DNA of 64,000 bases, taken from assembly GCA_951406725.2 (NCBI GenBank), contig OX597814.1, positions 135,346,001 through 135,410,000 on the forward strand. The letters run 5' to 3'. Below are positions 1-12,796 of this stretch, in pieces. A program made the position numbers and the translations under genes. The notes beneath the pieces were generated by a model. That model saw only the letters and a list, made by a program, of their open reading frames with translations. It was not told the origin of the DNA and ran no database searches. This DNA comes from Octopus vulgaris. Its lineage: Eukaryota. Position 1 is the stretch's first letter, and every line of letters begins with the position of its first letter.

Positions 1-1529
1 CTTGCCTCAACGGGTCTTCACAAGCAGAGTTTTGACATGCCACCGGCACTGGTAGCACATCCGCAATTTCCATTGATCGATTTCGATTCTGATCCTCACT
101 TGCCTCAACACGTCTTCACAAGTAGAGTTTTGTGTCCCAAGAAGGGAAGGTATGCATACGTAGGCCGGCTCCATCCCATGTAGAAGGCCACGGGTTATGG
201 ACTCACTTGTCCTGCCGGGTCTTCTCGCGCACAGCACACTTCCAGAGGTCTCGGTCTCTAGTCATTTCCTCAGTGAGACCTAAAGTTCGAAGGTCGTGCT
301 TCACCACCTCGTCCCAGGTTTTCCTGGGTCTGCCTCTTCCACAGGTTCCCTCAACCGCTAGGGTGTGGCACTTTTTCACACAACTATCTTCATCCATTCT
401 CGCCACATGACCATACCAGCGCAAACGTCTCTCTTGCACACCACAACTGATGCTTCTTAGGTCCAGCTTTTCTCTCAAGGTACTTACACTCTGCCGAGTG
501 TGAGTACCGGCATTACACATCCATCGGAGCATACTGGCTTCATTTCTAGCGAGCTTACGCATATCCTCAGCAGTCACGGCCCATGTTTCACTGCCATGTA
601 GCATGGCTGTTCGTACACACGCATCATACAGTCTGCCTTTCACTCTGTGCGAGAGGCCTTTTGTCACCAGCAGAGGTAAGAGCTCTCTGAACTTTGCCCA
701 AGCTATTCTTACTCTAGCAGTTACACTTTCAGCACACCCGCCCCCGCTGCTGACTTGGTCACCTAGGTAACGGAAACTATCAACTATTTCTAGTTTTTCT
801 CCCTGGAAAGTGACGGAAGTTGGTCTCAGAGCATTTTCAGTGTTTATTGTTCCTGAGCATCTGCCACATACAAAAACCATCTTCCTAGTTAGCCTTCCTT
901 TGACATTGCTGCATCTCTTATGTGTCCATAGCTTACACTTGGTGCATCTTATAGAGTTTCTACCTACACCTTTTCTACAGATCGAGCAGGGCCATCTACC
1001 TGAAGGTGTTTGTGATTTGTCTACCTTCCTACTGATTACGACTTTGGTTTTAGCTAGATTGACTCTGAGGCCCTTCGATTCTAATCCTTGTTTCCACACC
1101 TGAAACTTCTCCTCCAGTTCTGATAGCGACTCAGCAATTAGAGCAAGGTCATCAGCATAGAGGAGCTCCCAAGGGCATCCTGTCTTGAATTCCTCCGTTA
1201 TTGCCTGGAGGACTATGATAAATAGGAGGGGGCTGAGTACTGAGCCTTGGTGGACTCCTACCTCTACCCGGAATTCTTCACTGTACACATTTCCAACCCT
1301 CACCCTACTAGCGGCGTCCCTATACATGGCCCGCACAGCTCTCACTAACCATTCATCTATCCCTAGTTTCCTCATTGCCCACCAGATAAGGGATCGGGGG
1401 ACCCTGTCGAAGGCTTTCTCCATGTCAACAAAAGCCAGGTACAGGGGCTTATCTTTGGCTAGGTATTTCTCCTGCAGCTGCCTTACCAGGAATATAGCAT
1501 CAGTAGTACTTTTCCCTGGCACAAACCCA

Positions 1530-1530
<1 letters not shown>
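1..1530 (-). mobile_element. RTE-clade LINE, 5'-truncated, open RT C-terminal ORF (about 1530 to 203) plus 3' UTR
   Basis: Translation shows GFVPGKSTTDAIF, FVDMEKAFD, GVHQGSVLSPLLF, LLYADD, FRYLG, RRLRWYGHV and GRGRPRKTW with no stops. The 5' end abuts a (TA)n tract. The 3' UTR has a repeated unit (cttgcctcaac...tcttcacaag.agagtttt) at 1-33 and 98-131. Confidence 0.93.
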
Positions 1531-1567
<37 letters not shown>

Positions 1568-1727
1568 GACACACACATAGGATTGTTTGTAGAAATACAT
1601 AAATCCAGAGGAGAAGCACATTCTAAGATGTAGAACAGTTAATACATATACATATATACATACATACATACATACATACATACATTCATACATATATACA
1701 TACATACATACATACATACATACATAC

Positions 1728-1785
<58 letters not shown>

Positions 1786-1790
1786 TCACC
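1528..1790. repeat. Compound microsatellite (TA)n/(TACA)n
   Basis: Directly visible tandem repeats. Confidence 0.95.
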
Positions 1791-2377
1791 CACCCCACTA
1801 CAAAATTAGTTTGGCTAAATAAATCATTATTATCATAATAATTATCTGTTCTTTTTCATGTGAAAATGTTTTACTCATTAAGTAGGATGAATTATTGATT
1901 TTAACACTGAGATCATTGGGGAGATGTTAATAATAATAATGGTTGTGGTGGTGACAACAGTGGCGGTGGGCGGCGGTGGCAGCGGTGGTGGTGGTAGTGT
2001 TTCTGTTTAAAGAAACCAGCTACCTAGTGAGCGAGCTAAACTATTCTGTAGTAGCGGTAATAATGAGGGAAAGCAGGCTAGGTCTTAATAGTCAGACTTT
2101 CTTCAGCTAATTCTACATAAAATTTTAAAAAAAAGATAAAAATGTAAAACTTACCCCTACTTAACAAAATGGTAAGAGTTGAACCTAGCATGAAAATAAA
2201 AAAAAGAACCTAAATGATTAAAAAAGTATATCAATAAAAAACAGACACTCTGAAGGTAAAAGAAATGTGTAAGGAAATTGTATCAGCAAAAGCATGTATG
2301 TACATTTACAAAATGTGAGTGCTTCTTGTAAGAGAATAATGTATTTGAAGGAAATACTAAAATATTTTACAGTGATA

Positions 2378-2748
2378 GATGCAGGTATGGCTGTGTGGTA
2401 AGAAGCTTGGTTCCTAACAATATGGTTTTGGATTCAGGCTCAGTGTGTGACACCTTTGGCAAGTGTCTCCTACTATAGGCTCGGGCTGACCAAAGCCTTG
2501 TGAGTGGATTTGGGAGATTGAAACTGAAAGAAGTCCATTGTGTGTGTCCCACTACTGCTTGATAACCAGTGTTGGTATGTTTACATTCCTGTAACTTAGT
2601 GGTTCAGCATAAAGAGACTGATAGAATAAGTGCCAGTCTTAAAAATAAACGTACTGTGATTGATTTAGTTGACTAAAAATTTTTCAGGGTGGTGCCCCAG
2701 CATGACCAAAGTCTAATGACTGATTCAGGTAATGGATAAAAGAAAAGA
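2378..2748 (+). mobile_element. tRNA-derived SINE, family A
   Basis: A-box-like tggctgtgtggt and B-box-like ggattcaggct, then shared body gaccaaagccttgtgagtggatttgg and tail gccccagcatg...taatgactga. More than ten related copies occur in the window. Confidence 0.8.
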
Positions 2749-3058
2749 TGATATCAATACACACACACACTAGCGTGCGCGCAACAATAAACAAATGAAT
2801 AAGTATGTAAACATAACACTAGAGGGTACACCAACATAAGCAGAAATTCAAAGGAATATGGAACAAAACATTCAGCACAGTAATAACTGGCATACAAGAT
2901 CAGAATGGAAGAAAAAAAAACACAAAACACTGCAAACGTAACTCGCCATAGTGGGAAAAAACTTAACAAACACAGCTGGAGAGCCTCTGGTATTTACAAG
3001 GTCTCTAATTCCTGGATAAAACATCTGAGTATCAAGGGTAGGTAGCAGCAGCATTTAA

Positions 3059-3278
3059 CCCTTTCATTACCAACCTGGCTGAAACCGGCTCTGGCTCTGA
3101 GTACAAATATCTTGTTTTCAAAAGTTTTGAACTAAAATCTTCCACCAAACCTTAGTCACAATTTATGTTCCTAACACTAGCTGAATGATAACTAAGTTAT
3201 TTTACTAAATTCTTTGTTATATTTAAAGTAATTGAAAGAAGCACAGAGCATCTCAAAATAAATACAGTAATGAAAGGG
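3059..3278. mobile_element. piggyBac-type MITE (220 bp), family 1
   Basis: TIR ccctttcattac / gtaatgaaaggg with TTAA on both sides (3055-3058, 3279-3282). Second copy at 26774-26988. Confidence 0.88.
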
Positions 3279-3711
3279 TTAATGAACTGATAAACAGAAT
3301 AGAATCAACACCTCAGTAGCAGATGGAATGGGAAACAACATTAATTTCTCCAAAACAAAGATACCAGAGATTCTCCAAATTACATGTTGGTAACTTGTTT
3401 GCCAACATCATACAAAATCCATTATCTACGACAGGTTTGTTGCTCACCTGAATAGAAATAATGTCTTTCCTGAGAAGCAGGAAAGGTGATGATGTTTGGC
3501 TATAAAGAACAACTACTGGTGAATCAGGCTAAATATAAAAAACAGTAAAAAGGGAGAAATAAATGTTAGCATGGCCAGGATTGATTACTGAGATGCTTTT
3601 GATACTATTTCACACTTTTAGATTTTGGGGGCATTCTACATAAATAAAGTAATTCAACTACTAAAAAAAAAGTACATCAATTATTCCATGTCAAAATAAA
3701 AAGTAACTATA

Positions 3712-3915
3712 TTGGTTTCAAATTTTGGCATAAGGCCAGCAATTTCGGGAAGGGGTTGAGTCAATTACATTGACCCCAGTATTCAACTGGTACTTATTTT
3801 ATCAATCCTGAAAGGATGAAAAGCAAAGGCAACTTTGATGGAATTTGAACTCAGAATATTAAAACACAAAATACTGAAAAGCTTTTTGCCTGGCATGCTA
3901 ATAATTCTGCCTGCT
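3712..3915 (-). mobile_element. tRNA-derived SINE, family B (Meta/MESC-like core)
   Basis: Reverse complement of the family B body gagttcaaattcc...gttgcctttgcttttcatcctttcaggattgataaaataagtaccag. Confidence 0.7.
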
Positions 3916-4029
3916 CAGTAACTATAATTCTTGTAAGGCTAACAGAACATCACTAAAACCAGCGCTCTGCCCATAAAAAGAATCTTCCAGAGGGATTTTT
4001 TATCCACTCATTTTCCTAACATTAACAAA

Positions 4030-5590
4030 TCTGCTGAATGAAATCACCAATGGTTATAGATGCTATGGGGAACTGTAAACCATCTCCTCTTAATGGATGA
4101 CTTGAAAATAGAAAACTGCTAAAGTTTGTTGATAAATTCAGCCAAGACAGAAATGAGTATGGTATAGGTAAATGTGTCAAAGTTACTATAAGAGAAAAGC
4201 ACCTCAATTACAACTAAAAACAGTAAATTAGATACAGACACTGAACAGGACCACCCATAGAGATACTGAGTATTTCTATGGGTAGTTTTGGTCTGATTCT
4301 CTTATTTCAGTAAATAGAACTGAAAAGATACAACACACTGAAATTAAGGAGAAAATTAGAAACACGAGTTAAACTAATATTCAAAACTGAACTCAGCATT
4401 TGAAATGCTATAGCTATATCGGTTATAAACTAACAGTTCCAACATAATAAACTGAAGTGAATGGAAGAGCATAAACAGAATAATAAGGAAATTACTTACA
4501 GTGTCCCAAAGCCACTTCTCCATGGCTGATAGAGATAAATTATACATACCCTGAATATAGGAAGACAGAATGTGAAAAAAATCTGTTACTAAGTATTATC
4601 AGATGTAGAAAAATGAGAAGTGTGCAAAGTGAAATTGATTAGAGTAATAAGAAAACATAAAGGAAAAAATTTTCTCAAATATATAAGGAAACAATTAAAT
4701 ACAAACTGGAAACTTACGACACTAAAGAAAAAGATTTAGATAAGAAGAAAGCAAAAGAAAAGGTTAAACGAAAAACAGCAAAAACAAATCAAAGCAGAAT
4801 TATCAAACATTCTAAAGAAAAAATGGAAAGAAAAACCACTTCATAGTAATACCTTACAAGACATGACAGATCAGAAGTAAGCCAAAGTGAAAGTGAACAA
4901 TGGTTCAAAAGCTTTGAACTAAAAGTAGAAACAGATTGTAGTTGTATAGGATCTATGTCTAGCTACAAATAATTACAAGATAAAATAATAAAAAAGATAC
5001 TAACATCAAGTGCATGCAACCAATACAATGAGGTAACTGGCCAAATTATTTGTGGCTGATAAATCCTTACCAAGTATGAATATATTCACAGATATGATTA
5101 AGTCAGCAGCTATATCCACTGGGCAACAGGCTGGCAATTCAACATGAAAATGGAAAAGAAATAGTACAGACATATACCAAACACAGTACATGATAACCTG
5201 GCCACTATCATTTAAAACATGCCAGTTGAGATTGACAAGGAGATCAAGTTAATCCATCCAAATATAATTATCAAGGATTGGAACAACAATGTTTGAACTC
5301 TGAAAAGCATTTCAATCCATTCTAAATGAAAAACATTGCACAGAAGATGGAGAAACTGAGAGAGTACAGTGATCTTGAAATTGGAATTGAAATGAGCTGT
5401 GTGGTATGAAATTAACTGTGAGGTTGAAAGTTGAAATAATCAAGAATTACCGGTATGATGAAAATAATAATTAAGGTGTGATAAAAAAAATCTGATCAAA
5501 ATCATTAAAAAATACTGTACTAGGACTCAATGTTATACACAGTTCAAAAGATAGTTCTGCTTGGCACAGCTCATCCTACTCAACACATTT
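4030..5590 (+). mobile_element. Heavily decayed Dong/R4-like (restriction-like endonuclease) LINE
   Basis: Interrupted frames give KKKWKEKPLH (4815-4845), a PNIIIKD motif near 5258, KYSDLEI-like sequence near 5365 and QKIVLLGTAH near 5545. Many stops and frameshifts. Confidence 0.65.
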
Positions 5591-7129
5591 TCAATTTAAT
5601 AGCTTCACTCAAACAGTAGACTCACTGCACACAATGCTTCCTCTAAACAATCACTACCCAATAAAATAAATCATGCAACACATATTCTACGCAATCAATA
5701 CTAAGCAATATGGCAACACAACACATACTCTACGCAGTTAACATCCAGGAAATAAGTGTTTCTAATTTAGGCACAAGGCCAGCAATTTTTGATAGGAGAG
5801 AATTTGTTACATCAACCCCAGTATTTGCCTGTTACTTTATTTTATCTACCCTGGAAGGCTAAAAGGCAAAGTTGACAATAACAGGATTTGAAATCATAAT
5901 ATAAAGAGCTGGAAGAAATACTAAAAGGCATTTTATCTGATGCTCTAATGATTTTGCCAATCCACTATGTAGTACATACTCTTACATAATCAATACCCAA
6001 TACTATAAAACTTATATTTACACAGATGTTATCTGTTAATCACATACCCTACACCACCCTACACTAAAAAACGTGTCATTGATGATTTAACACCTACGCT
6101 ACACAAACACCATCCAACACTCAAATACATAACACCAATCACAGAGTGCATTTGAAACACAAACATTGTCCAGCAAAATAACACAATACACAGAGCACAT
6201 TTTCTACACAGCACACGGAACATTAAACAGAACCAGGAACAACAAAGTAGAACCAACAACAAAACAAAACTTATGTAGTGTACAAACACAATTCTACCAC
6301 CTCAAAAGACAATGCTGTACACCTCAGAAATATGGATGTGTGCCTGGTGCTATTATAGGAGCTCACATAAATTAAAATTATGATGATGGTGATGATGATA
6401 ATTTCTAACATGAACAGATTGCTGTAAAGCATAGGTTGAGGAAAGCCAAAACAAATTTACTTCAGTACATAAGTGGTATTTAATTTAGCATCCAGAAGGG
6501 TACTGCAGAATTCCTGGGGAAAAGGAGAAAAACCAATGATATGAAACTCAGAAGATAAAAATCAAAAACCTGCAATCAATAAAAGAATATATATATATAT
6601 TATACCAATAATTGCTGGTGCTCTAGGCACAGTGGACAAAGAAATAATAAAATTGGTTGAAAACGGTGCATAAAAATGAAAATAGAGTACATTCAGAAAA
6701 CAATATTACTTGGCTGTGCAAGGAGTCTCTGCAATGTTCTCATGACTTGGAAAGAATGTACTACATTAGTTCATGGGAAGTGAGCAGCTGGATTGTAAAT
6801 GACACTTCTTGCAACAAGATGAGTATGTTAGACTTGGTAAACTATTATGATAATAGATACCTTAATCACAATGTCACACATCTTAAAGGAAGCTTGTAGT
6901 TGAGGACAATATCAAAAGATGAAATACAGCACACAAAAGGTGGGGTTTCAAAAGAAAATCAGCAGTAAAGACATAAAAGATTCCAAAAAGATTTCAACAA
7001 GAAAAAATTCCCCAGTGGTGGGCAGCTCACATAAAGTAGTTCAGGGAGGGACCTAATTTTGGGGAAACTCTATACAAACAGACCAGATTACTTTGTCATC
7101 TCCAAGGCTTTGTAAGTACCTTCTCTCAG

Positions 7130-7360
7130 TTTCTTTACTACCCACAAGGGGCTAAGCATAGAGGGGACAAACAAGGACAGACAAAGGGATTAAGTCGATT
7201 ACATCGACCCCAGTGCGAAACTGGTACTTTATTTATCGACCCCGAAATGATGAAAGGCAAAGTCAACCTCAGTGGAATTTGAACTCAGAACGTAATGACA
7301 GACAAAATACTGCTAAACATTTCGCCCGGCGCGCTAACGTTTCTGCCAGCTTGCTGCCTT
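7130..7360 (-). mobile_element. tRNA-derived SINE, family B, CpG-rich young copy
   Basis: Minus strand reads agctggcagaaacgttagcgcgccgggcgaaatg...gagttcaaattcc...gactttgcctttcatcatttcggggtcgataaataaagtaccag. The core resembles the Meta/MESC SINE domain as I recall it. Confidence 0.8.
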
Positions 7361-7852
7361 ACTCAGGATAGGTCCACTGAAACTCACCAGTCTTGTCATT
7401 CTCAGCCACCTTTCAATAATAATAATGGTTGCTGATTTAGGCACAACATCTGTGATTTGAGGGGAGGGGTAATTTGTCGATTCCATCAACCCTAGTATTT
7501 GACTGTTATTTTATTTTATGGAACTCTGAAAGGATGAAAGGCAAAGATGATCTTGGCAGGATTTAATAACAATAATGTGAAAAATTTTGGGCACTTATTT
7601 GACACCCTCCCAAAGTAATGTAGCAGCCTCTGTATGGTAATTTGATCTACTAGAAATTGCTACCAAGTCTTCCTCAGGTCATACCCTACTGTCTTCAAAA
7701 AACAGCACATTGAATAATGTCATCTTGGATGTATTATATCTGAGTAGAAGACAAGATGGTTGTTATTGTAATGCCTTCAACCATAGGGTAGACCTAGGGA
7801 TAAACAGCAGCAACAGCAACAACAATAACAACAACATGATGATGATGATGAT

Positions 7853-8010
7853 GACAGAAAATAGCACTACAAGGCACTGCACAAATCCTATATGAAGCAC
7901 TTTCAATACAGTGAAAATAAAAGCACTACAACAAACCACAGTACATACTCAAGGCACATAGAGTTGTATTCGGTAGTGCAGTGAAAGCACATGATAAAAA
8001 TAAGATTACT
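7853..8010 (+). mobile_element. Dong/R4-like LINE 3' terminal fragment ending in (AAT)n
   Basis: QKIALQGTAQILYEALSIQ-stop, a short UTR, then an (AAT)n tract. Confidence 0.6.
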
Positions 8011-8627
8011 GAATAATAATAATAATAATAATAATAATGATGATGATGATGATGATAATAACAACAACTAGAATAAAACCATTGTATAAAATAGCCAGAA
8101 ATTAATGTAAATAAAGTACTTGAATGAATTGTTTAACTTGTAAATGGGTATGAAAAAGCAAAAGATATTCCCATAAGAAAAGAACCAGAGAAATATAGGA
8201 GGGAAAAGAATAGAAAATGAAAGACTCGTTAATCTCATGAACAATCAATCACAACATAATGTAAAGTAATGAAAATAATAGAAACAATACAAGGACTACT
8301 CGAAACTATAACTGTACAAAAACCAACTACCCACTGGGTATTAATGGTGAGAATATTGTAAAATAAATAAATGAGTTATCATTTGCTCTAAAGATCAGCA
8401 ATAAAAAGGAATTCATTTGCTTTCATTTACATTTGAATGATAATGAGGGAGGCAGAGCAGGAGGAAGAGAAAGGTACATTTAATACCACTTCAGGTTCAT
8501 AGTGACTGAGCATTTAGGGCAGCTATGTGTGCTTATGATATATTCCTACCTTGAAAAGAAAGGATGTTGAATAATGATTATATCACTGTATAATAGTCTT
8601 GCACACACCTCAAAAAAAGACTATTTG

Positions 8628-9008
8628 TGCAGATGTGGCTGTGTGGTAAGAAGTTTGCTTCCCAACCATATGGCTCTAGGTTTAGTCCCACTGCGTGGCA
8701 TCTTGGGCAAGTGTCTTCTACTGTAGCCTCAGGCTGACCAAAGCCTTATGAGTGGATTTGGTAGATGGAAACTGAAGGAAAACTGGTGTGTGTGTGTGTG
8801 CGTGTTAGTCCTCCCCCACTGCTTGACAGCTGCTATTGATATGTTTATACCCCTGTAACTTAGCGGTTTGGTAAAAGAGTTTGATAGAATAAGTACCAAG
8901 CTTAAAAGAAAAAATAAGTACTGAGGTTGATTCATTCCACTAAAAATTCTTCAAGGCAGTGCCCCCAGCATGGCTGCAGTCTAAAGACTGAAATAAGTAA
9001 AAGATAAA
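8628..9008 (+). mobile_element. tRNA-derived SINE, family A, near full length
   Basis: Same head, body, internal (TG)n and tail as 2378-2748. Confidence 0.82.
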
Positions 9009-9399
9009 AATATAGTCATGTGTGGAATGTTTTTCATCATAGGTTTGCTCAATGAAGGTTGGCCTAGGGTAAGCAACAACCATGTGAGCTTGAGGGAAAA
9101 CAAAAACTAGAATTTGAGATAACTAATGATTGTCAACAGTTCCAAAAAAAAAGTAAAGAAAAATCATAATGAAATTTATAAAATAAGTAAGTTTAACATT
9201 CAGTTTGGACTAAATTTTGGGGTAGTCATTGGCTTTATCTCATATCAGAGAATTTAGTTTCTTTTTTGCTGAATGCTTTCTTCGTGGTGATGGTGTTGAT
9301 GACTATGTAGACCAATTCTTGCATAGAAGAATCGATAGCATTGGTTGCATGGTAATGTTGGTGGAGGACGAAGTCGATTTTGTTGAGCCTTTCTCTCCT

Positions 9400-9645
9400 G
9401 TCATTTGATTTCTTCCTTTTCTCTTCTGATGGCTTCAAAGTTTTTGGTTCTGAGGTGATGGAACACTGCCACTCAGTACAGTCTTGGGCTTGTGTTTCAA
9501 ATAATTTAGGCTCAAGTTCAGTGGTTTTCAAGTGTTGTTTTGAGCTGGTCCATGTATCTTTGAAGAGCGCAACTTTGAGGTCTTTTCCTTGAATTGAGCT
9601 CCCTGAATAAGTCTTAGGGCTGGTTACTTGTTTTATATGGTGTAA
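9400..9645 (-). mobile_element. RTE LINE 3' fragment
   Basis: Frameshifted LFRELNSRKRP...RYMDQLKTTL and LFETQAQDCTEW resemble the RTE/BovB C-terminus. Confidence 0.55.
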
Positions 9646-10841
9646 AAGTGACTGAGATCACAACATCTCCCTGAACAGGATGTGAATCCATTGTACAATT
9701 TCTCATTTACAGCTTTGACTAAACTGGAACAATGTGAAATGAAGTATTTTGCTCAACACAATGGTCTGGAAATTGAAACCATGATCTTGTGATCATGAAT
9801 GCAATATTCCAATCACTAGGCCATCTACCTTCACACAGAAAAGAAGTGGGTAATGATTCAATGAGAGTAGAGGTGATCAAAAGAGAACTGTCTGGCTGTC
9901 TATATTCTAAGATATGTTACAGACTCTAAATGCCAGTTCTGCATAAAACCAAATAAAGATGATCTAGTGAGGAAGTTGGCCTGCTTAAATATCAGCTAAA
10001 TCTATATCACATAATATTCTATCTTAAAGTATTGAAGGACACATTGAATAATGATGTCCTAAATTACTGTTAAACTATCCTCCTCCCATCCAACTTGGGT
10101 AGTCATGGCTGGAATGCCTTTGATCATAAGAGATGGATTGGGCTTTAAATGCCTATCAACAATCAAATAAAAACGATTGGCTTTCTAACTAATGGCTAGT
10201 ATATCACCTTGATGATGGTTAAAAGTTGTGGGAGTGATGTGGATTAAGGTGTCTCTGCAGGACATAGGCATTTATATTAAATCATAACTTACCAACTTGA
10301 AAAAAGGAAGGTAGAGATGGTCACAGCTAAAATGTTTTTGATGATAGATGTGCTTGATCAAAGTAAATTTGGAACTACGCAACAACAATGTTTGACACTA
10401 TTTAGCAATCACTTGTATTAGGCCTGTTGTGATTTAGATGTATGCTACAAAATATAAAAAAAACCCATTTGTAAAGCAATATTCCTTGAAAACCAGTCTG
10501 ACAACTGTTAGTGTTTGCTCTTAGGATTTATTGATTGATATAGTAAAGCTTAAATGTTCTGGAAACTGTAGTCTTCAAAATTGAAACAACATATCTGTTA
10601 GTATATGTGGAATTGTGGGTTTAATTGCATCCTTACTCTTAATACACCAAAAGGGGCAGGCACGGTTGTGTGTCTATGAATTTTGCTTCCTTGCTATATG
10701 ATATCAAGTTCAGTCCCAATGTACAGCACCAGGGGCAAATATATTCTATTATAGTCCTGGGCTGACTAAACCTTTGTTAGTGGATTTGGTTGACAAAAAT
10801 TGAAAGAAGGCCGACATATATATATATATATATATATATAT

Positions 10842-11170
10842 ACAGTTATAAATAATGAGAGAAATATAGTGTAATAAAATTTATTTAACCATTGGAAATT
10901 CTTATATATCAACAATTGTTTTACAACTTAATAAAACATGCATGGATAATTTATTTTATTATATTTTATGATAAGTAAATTACTTACATATCTGCATTAA
11001 TGAAAACAACCTTTAAACTAATGCAGATATTAAGCTAGCTCATCAGGTCTGAAGAAATCCATGTTAAAAAATAATTCCTTGACATAAAGTTTCAAGAACA
11101 CAAGGTCAATATTTTAAAAAAGTATAATTTTATGCACTCCTTATAGTTTTCTCTTGTATCATACCATATA
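10842..11170. mobile_element. Decayed PLE pseudo-LTR-like element with hammerhead remnants, next to (TA)n
   Basis: Minus strand: CTGATGAG (11046-11039), long stem II, aaaa-caattg-tt near 10911-10922. Plus strand: CTGAAGA starts at 11049. Confidence 0.45.
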
Positions 11171-12051
11171 TTCTGTATGTTTTGTAGAATGATACATTAA
11201 GGAGCTTTTTTGAGAGTACCACCAGATTAATTGAATCCATACATTGTGACTTAAATTCACACACACATCTTTATACACAAGCACTCCTATTAATGTTTGT
11301 TTTATTATAGTTATATATAAAAAAATAAGCAAATATTTGATTACTAAAACCTTTAAGTAGATAATCATATTTTATTTTGTTAGTTGAAGGTTGACAGTGA
11401 CTTAAAAATTTCAGCTTACTTACCTGCGTCAGACTGTAGAGTATTTCTGGTTTTCCAAGCCTTATTTTGGTTCATTTTGGTTCATTTTGTGGGAGGAGCA
11501 ATGTGATTGCAGAACAGGTGTGCTATAACAATCTATTTTTGTGGCATATGAAAAAAAGTGCCTTTATGAGTCTAATTCAATTGGGTAAGCAGAAACAGTG
11601 AGCTTGTGTGGAGAAAGAAATGGTAAATAAAGAGAAGAAAAGAATGAGATCTACAAACCAATCACTTAACCAACCAACCAACCAACCAACCACTATAGTT
11701 ATAATCTGTCCATCTGTAACATAAGTTTTGGTTTGGTTTGCAATTCTCCCTTTCTCTTTCCCTCCATATATATGTATATATGTATATTTACACAGACTCA
11801 CTATGTACACAGATATACATATATTCTTCTCAGAACTATTGTTAAAGACATAAGAACAAAAATATGAATCTCTGTTCTGTCTGTCTCTCTCCCTCTCCTG
11901 CTCTCTGTCTCTTTGTATAATGATACACATATATACATACACCCAAGTACATATATATAAATATGATAGCTGTATTATCTGATGGTATATGTGTATGTAC
12001 ATATCTATCTGTCTGTCTGTCTGTCTATCAATCACACATAGAAGCTTACAA

Positions 12052-12530
12052 AATGCCCCTACCCCTTACCGATTCCTCAGACATTTCGTCAGAAGACAAA
12101 AGAAGTGAGGAATGGCAAATAGCCAGAAAAGGAAGGAGGACGAGCAGCAAGAAAAGAACCAAACCAAACGCAAATGCAAACAAAGCAGGGAGATACACAA
12201 CTCCTGAAAACTTTTCGAACACCAACACTCACACACACAACACCAACACCAACAGCAACACCTCAAAAACAAACACATACAATGCTCACTGCCATCAACA
12301 CGAAAAATACAGAGTTGATGGAACACATCAACAAAAAAACAAACCTAAAACATGAAGACATAAAAACAAGCAACCACCCATACACAATACCACCAGAACA
12401 CATTAAAATATTGCACATCACACCAACCATGCACCACGCACTAAAATCCATTTACTCCAATGCAGTTGGAATATGCCAGAAGTACACTTCCACACATCCC
12501 AAAAACTTTATAGTAATACAAGGGACATTT
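12052..12530 (+). other. Frameshifted ORF-like, A/C-rich fragment, probably the 5' part of a retroelement ORF
   Basis: MPLPLTDSSDISSEDKRSEEWQIARKGRR... has an acidic then W-x-x-x-x-K/R basic start typical of LINE ORF1 N-termini. It continues in another frame. No splice signals or recognisable domain. Confidence 0.3.
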
Positions 12531-12746
12531 TCCTTGTATATGAATACTATGCAAATATTCTTTTAAAAAACTTTTCATTTAATTTTTCCAAAATTTAATT
12601 GTTTTCCATACTTACAGTTGAAAAAGTCTCAATGATCAAAACTGGTACTGAAATGTTTTTTTATAAAATTATTTTAGCATTTTCCACCTTGATTTTTTTC
12701 CATATATATATATATATATATCAACTTGTGTGTTCCTTTTCAACCT

Positions 12747-12796
<50 letters not shown>

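Noticed and set aside
1531-1729. N-terminal part of the 508-aa ORF (MYVCMYV...)
   Set aside because: It is translated microsatellite and flank; RT homology starts only at YGFVPG near 1530.
1935-2175. (GGT/GGC)n region with a plus-strand donor ATG/gtaaga as the first non-coding rabphilin exon
   Set aside because: Plausible, since the ATG exon has an upstream acceptor, but nothing in the sequence links this site to 30223.
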